Source: Verrucomicrobiota bacterium
GTDB taxonomy: Bacteria > Verrucomicrobiota > Verrucomicrobiia > Opitutales > Coraliomargaritaceae
Assembly: GCA_039815375.1 (NCBI GenBank)
Contig: JBCBZJ010000001.1
Span: forward strand, 96,001 to 160,000
Direction of reading: 5' to 3'
Length of the DNA stretch: 64,000 bases
Made by a program: the position numbers and the translations under genes. Below the pieces are notes generated by a model that saw nothing but the letters and a program-made list of their open reading frames with translations, made no database searches and was not told where the DNA came from. Below, piece by piece: positions 60,940-64,000 of this stretch; position 1 is the first letter of the stretch; the number at the start of each line of letters is the position of its first letter.

Positions 60940-62319
60940 TTAAAATTCTCTGAACCGATCAGTAGGTCCCTGGAGATGGCGGATTTCATTGTTCAACTCC
61001 GATTCCTCGGCCTGGAGTTGGATCAAGCGTAGCTTGGCCTGGTGTGAGCGGATCACACCGTCCATTAGAAGTGTTACGCTGCCTTCACCTATTTCCAGTA
61101 ACTGCTTGGATCTTGCGAGTTGGCGGTCTACCTTCGGAACGAGTTGCTCTTTGAGGATTTGTTGCTGCTCAAGGAGCGCATTACGACGCGCTAGTAGGTT
61201 GAAGAGCTGCCCGGAAAGGTGCTCCAACTCAGCCTCATAGGCAGATCGGGCAACATCCCGTTTGGCCTCTGCTTCAGCGATGTCGGCTTTGTTTCGATTC
61301 AGTAGGGGCAGGCCAATCGCACTGATTGCCCCCCAGCTCGAATCACCCTCATCGGATTCGTATTGCGGGCCGATTTTAAGATCGGGATATTGCTTTCGGA
61401 TTTCTTCTTTCAGCCTCAGTTCTGCAATGGAATACTCTGTAGCCAGCCGCTCGAGCGTGAGGTTATCTTCTGCGAATGTTCCGGTGACCTCGGATTTGTC
61501 CAGATTGATGCGTGGCACCAAATTGACCGAAGCTTTCGGCTGTAGCCCCAATAGGGCCTTGATCCGTTGCTCGCCTTGCTCCAGTTCACCTTGGAGGCGG
61601 GCAATTTCCATGCGGTGACTGGTCGATTCGATGGAGAAGAGGCCTGCTTCGATTTCCCTGATTTCGCCGCTTTCAAGCAAAGCGGTTTGTGACTCGACGA
61701 TCGATTCAAGCACTCGAGCGGTTCTCTCCGATTCTTCCATTTCGAGCTGGAGCGCAGACCACTTAACCCATGCGTTACGGAGTTGAAGGCTAACGTTCCA
61801 TTCGGATTCGGCAACATGGATCAAGGCGGCCGTATGCTCTGCGTCGGCACGCTTCTTCTCAATTTCAAGGCGACCCGAAATCGGGACTGTAAATGAAAGT
61901 GCTGAGCTCAAAGTCCACGGATTGGGAATGCTTTCCGTGATTCTAAGCAGATTGATATTGAACTCTGGATCTTCCCAGAGGCCTGCATTTTCACTGCTGG
62001 CTTCAGCGATGCCTGCCTTCAATCGTTCCAGTCGAAGACTGGTATTGTAGATGAGTGAGATGAGTTCCCCTTCCTCCAGATCCAATCCGTCCGTGAGATC
62101 GAACTGCACGGGGCCGTGCTGCGTTTTCTGCAATCGGTTAACAAAATTACGGACCGCTTCAGTATCGGCACTACGGGCCTCCCATTCCGAGATGTGTTTG
62201 GATGCATCAAGTGGCTCGGGTTCAAACGACTGGCAGCCCGAAATGAGGATTGAGGTGCTCACTGCGAGAAGCAACTGAGCTTTAGGAAATGCTGAATGAC
62301 TACTATTGAAACATATCAT
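60940..62319 (-). CDS. TolC-family outer membrane efflux protein
   Basis: Lipobox ISGC, helical repeats, QYPD and LPLLNRN, in operon position. Start uncertain. Confidence 0.88.
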   Translation of the reverse strand: MICFNSSHSAFPKAQLLLAVSTSILISGCQSFEPEPLDASKHISEWEARSADTEAVRNFVNRLQKTQHGPVQFDLTDGLDLEEGELISLIYNTSLRLERLKAGIAEASSENAGLWEDPEFNINLLRITESIPNPWTLSSALSFTVPISGRLEIEKKRADAEHTAALIHVAESEWNVSLQLRNAWVKWSALQLEMEESERTARVLESIVESQTALLESGEIREIEAGLFSIESTSHRMEIARLQGELEQGEQRIKALLGLQPKASVNLVPRINLDKSEVTGTFAEDNLTLERLATEYSIAELRLKEEIRKQYPDLKIGPQYESDEGDSSWGAISAIGLPLLNRNKADIAEAEAKRDVARSAYEAELEHLSGQLFNLLARRNALLEQQQILKEQLVPKVDRQLARSKQLLEIGEGSVTLLMDGVIRSHQAKLRLIQLQAEESELNNEIRHLQGPTDRFREF

Positions 62320-62434
62320 GATTGGTCTGAGCACAGCGGACGAACCACTTGAGCACGTGAATGAATCACCCCCAGCGAGGAGCGACGTTCAAGGGATTTC
62401 CGGCAAGAACGATGCCGGAAGACACGCGTGAGCC

Positions 62435-62911
62435 TCAGACCAATTGAGGCGGCTTAATTAAATCGAAGCAGGGCCCTTCAGGGCACTTGGCGGATGTGAT
62501 TGGGGCATGGCATCCTGAAATGCGGCACGCTTTAATGGAAACGGTGTAAGCAGGATGGAGGCACACCATGTCGACACTCAGTGTCACGATGTGAGCATGA
62601 CAGCCATTGGATTTGTCATCGGTAGACTCTTCGTTTTCAGTTCCACCATGATCACAGCCGAATCCTGCGTAGGTTTGCTTATGATGATGGGATTGAGTGG
62701 AACCGGAGTGTGAGCTGTGGCTGGCTCCGTGAGCATGCTCATGAGAGTGGGATTGAGGCGCGTGCGTCGAGTCTCCGCTGTGGCAATACTCGATCTCGAA
62801 ATTTGCCTGGGCACCCAATACCTGAGTCGTCGCAACCAAAAGCGACAAGACGAGGAGCATCGTCCGTTGAACGATGCTCGGCTCAGCACTCTCTTTCTTG
62901 GTATACTTCAA
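62435..62911 (-). CDS. His/Cys-rich exported protein heading the RND operon (CzcI-like position)
   Basis: Signal/TM segment, His-rich tract, several Cys, C-terminal KPPQLV. Confidence 0.7.
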   Translation of the reverse strand: MKYTKKESAEPSIVQRTMLLVLSLLVATTQVLGAQANFEIEYCHSGDSTHAPQSHSHEHAHGASHSSHSGSTQSHHHKQTYAGFGCDHGGTENEESTDDKSNGCHAHIVTLSVDMVCLHPAYTVSIKACRISGCHAPITSAKCPEGPCFDLIKPPQLV

Positions 62912-62965
62912 ATGAAAAAAATCAGGATTCTAGTTTTTTTCTTACTACTCTTCTAAACCAAAGCT

Positions 62966-64000
62966 TTATTCCTCCGGTTCGGTAGCTCCTGCTTCAGACG
63001 CTGGACCGTCCTGAGAAATAGGTCCGTAGCGCTCCTGCAAGAGAGCATTGATCGTCTCTTTCGGCGCGTTTTTCTCCGACACGCTCGGGACAATGATATC
63101 GGCTTCCTCAAAGACCCCGAGATTACCGCTATCCAATCTACCTTTGGGATGCATCGACTTCTGATCGATAAAGTCATTCGCGACTTTTTCGCTGAACACT
63201 CCGTTTGCCGGATTCGAGATAATGGTCGGGCGAACCAGCAGAATGAGTTCACTTCGACTGAGCGCAGTTCCCTGGTTGCGGAATGCGCGTCCAACGACGG
63301 GAAGATCACCAAGCACCGGTATCTGGGAGCGCTGGTCCTCAATCGACTCTTGTATTAGACCGCCAATGGCAAAAGTCCGGTTGTTCGCAGCGACAAAAGT
63401 TCCACTGACACTTTGCGAGGCAACAATATCGATGGAGATTTCTGTAAGTTCACCTGTACCGACAATGTTACCCAGAATATCGGCACCATCCCGAACGATT
63501 TGCGACTCTTCCTGGAGAAGTCTGAGTTCAACGGTATCATCATCATTGATGTTAGCGGTAATGAGGATGGTTGAGCCGACATCCTCTTGCTCATACTCCG
63601 GCGTAACAAAATTAACCGTGTTACCTGAGTCAGTGACGACCGTTGTGCTTTCGCTGAACCCGGTGAGCACCGGCACTTGCTCTCCAATGAAAATCCGGCT
63701 CACTTCGTTGTTAGCTGTCATGAGCGATGGCTGGCCGAGAACGGTGAGCTTACCCTTGCTCTGGAGGAAGTTCAGATTGGCAGTTACATCGTTGCCGACG
63801 TATTGGAAAAACAGATCGCCGGTCAGGGCGTTTGCAGGGTTGAATCCACTACCTGTGAATTCGCCTGCGTCATTCAATATCCAGTTCAGTCCGGTATCCA
63901 GACCATCGTCGAGATCAATCCTGAGCACTCGAATTTCGAGAAAGACGAGCTGAACGGGTTGGTCGAGCTCTTCCACAAGGGTCGTGATCTCATCCATGGT
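62966..64000 (-). CDS. Secretin (GspD/PilQ family), 5'-truncated by the window
   Basis: LDQPVQLV, PSLMTANN, IGEQVP, IGGLI, IPVLGDLPVVGRAFR and ELILLVRPTII motifs. Confidence 0.93.
   Translation of the reverse strand, partial: TMDEITTLVEELDQPVQLVFLEIRVLRIDLDDGLDTGLNWILNDAGEFTGSGFNPANALTGDLFFQYVGNDVTANLNFLQSKGKLTVLGQPSLMTANNEVSRIFIGEQVPVLTGFSESTTVVTDSGNTVNFVTPEYEQEDVGSTILITANINDDDTVELRLLQEESQIVRDGADILGNIVGTGELTEISIDIVASQSVSGTFVAANNRTFAIGGLIQESIEDQRSQIPVLGDLPVVGRAFRNQGTALSRSELILLVRPTIISNPANGVFSEKVANDFIDQKSMHPKGRLDSGNLGVFEEADIIVPSVSEKNAPKETINALLQERYGPISQDGPASEAGATEPEE

Overview
Bacterial chromosomal window, about 55% GC and gene-dense. Protein style suggests Verrucomicrobiota (Opitutales-like), which is inference. 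Housekeeping genes include a Y-family polymerase, RluA, mutS, polyprenyl synthase, TrmH-family methylase, ruvB, murA, dUTPase, suhB, oligopeptidase A, rsmE, dtd, trkAH, nfeD-nfeD-floA, an NtrC-type regulator, cyclophilin, queCDE, tRNA-Arg(CCG), tRNA-Lys(TTT) and an ECF sigma/anti-sigma pair. The right end carries an octaheme cytochrome, a PLD, a heavy-metal RND efflux operon and part of a secretin. The most unusual stretch is 18.7-23.5 kb. It has three GTAG-type REP doublets (REPINs), two of which bracket a mosaic KAP NTPase gene. It also has a second repeat family of inverted arms built from 9-10 nt CAGAT units, and a decayed duplicate of a gene 5' end. Other notable items are a YAWxxNxGWI-repeat surface protein paired with a beta-helix protein, a pseudo-SDR with a basic tail, a 30-bp palindrome upstream of the Y-family polymerase, candidate structured leaders (queC and the basic protein upstream of murA), and a His/Cys-rich KPP-ending ORF upstream of the RND operon. 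No CRISPR array, rRNA, integrase or transposase was seen. All calls come from motif recognition, with no database searches.
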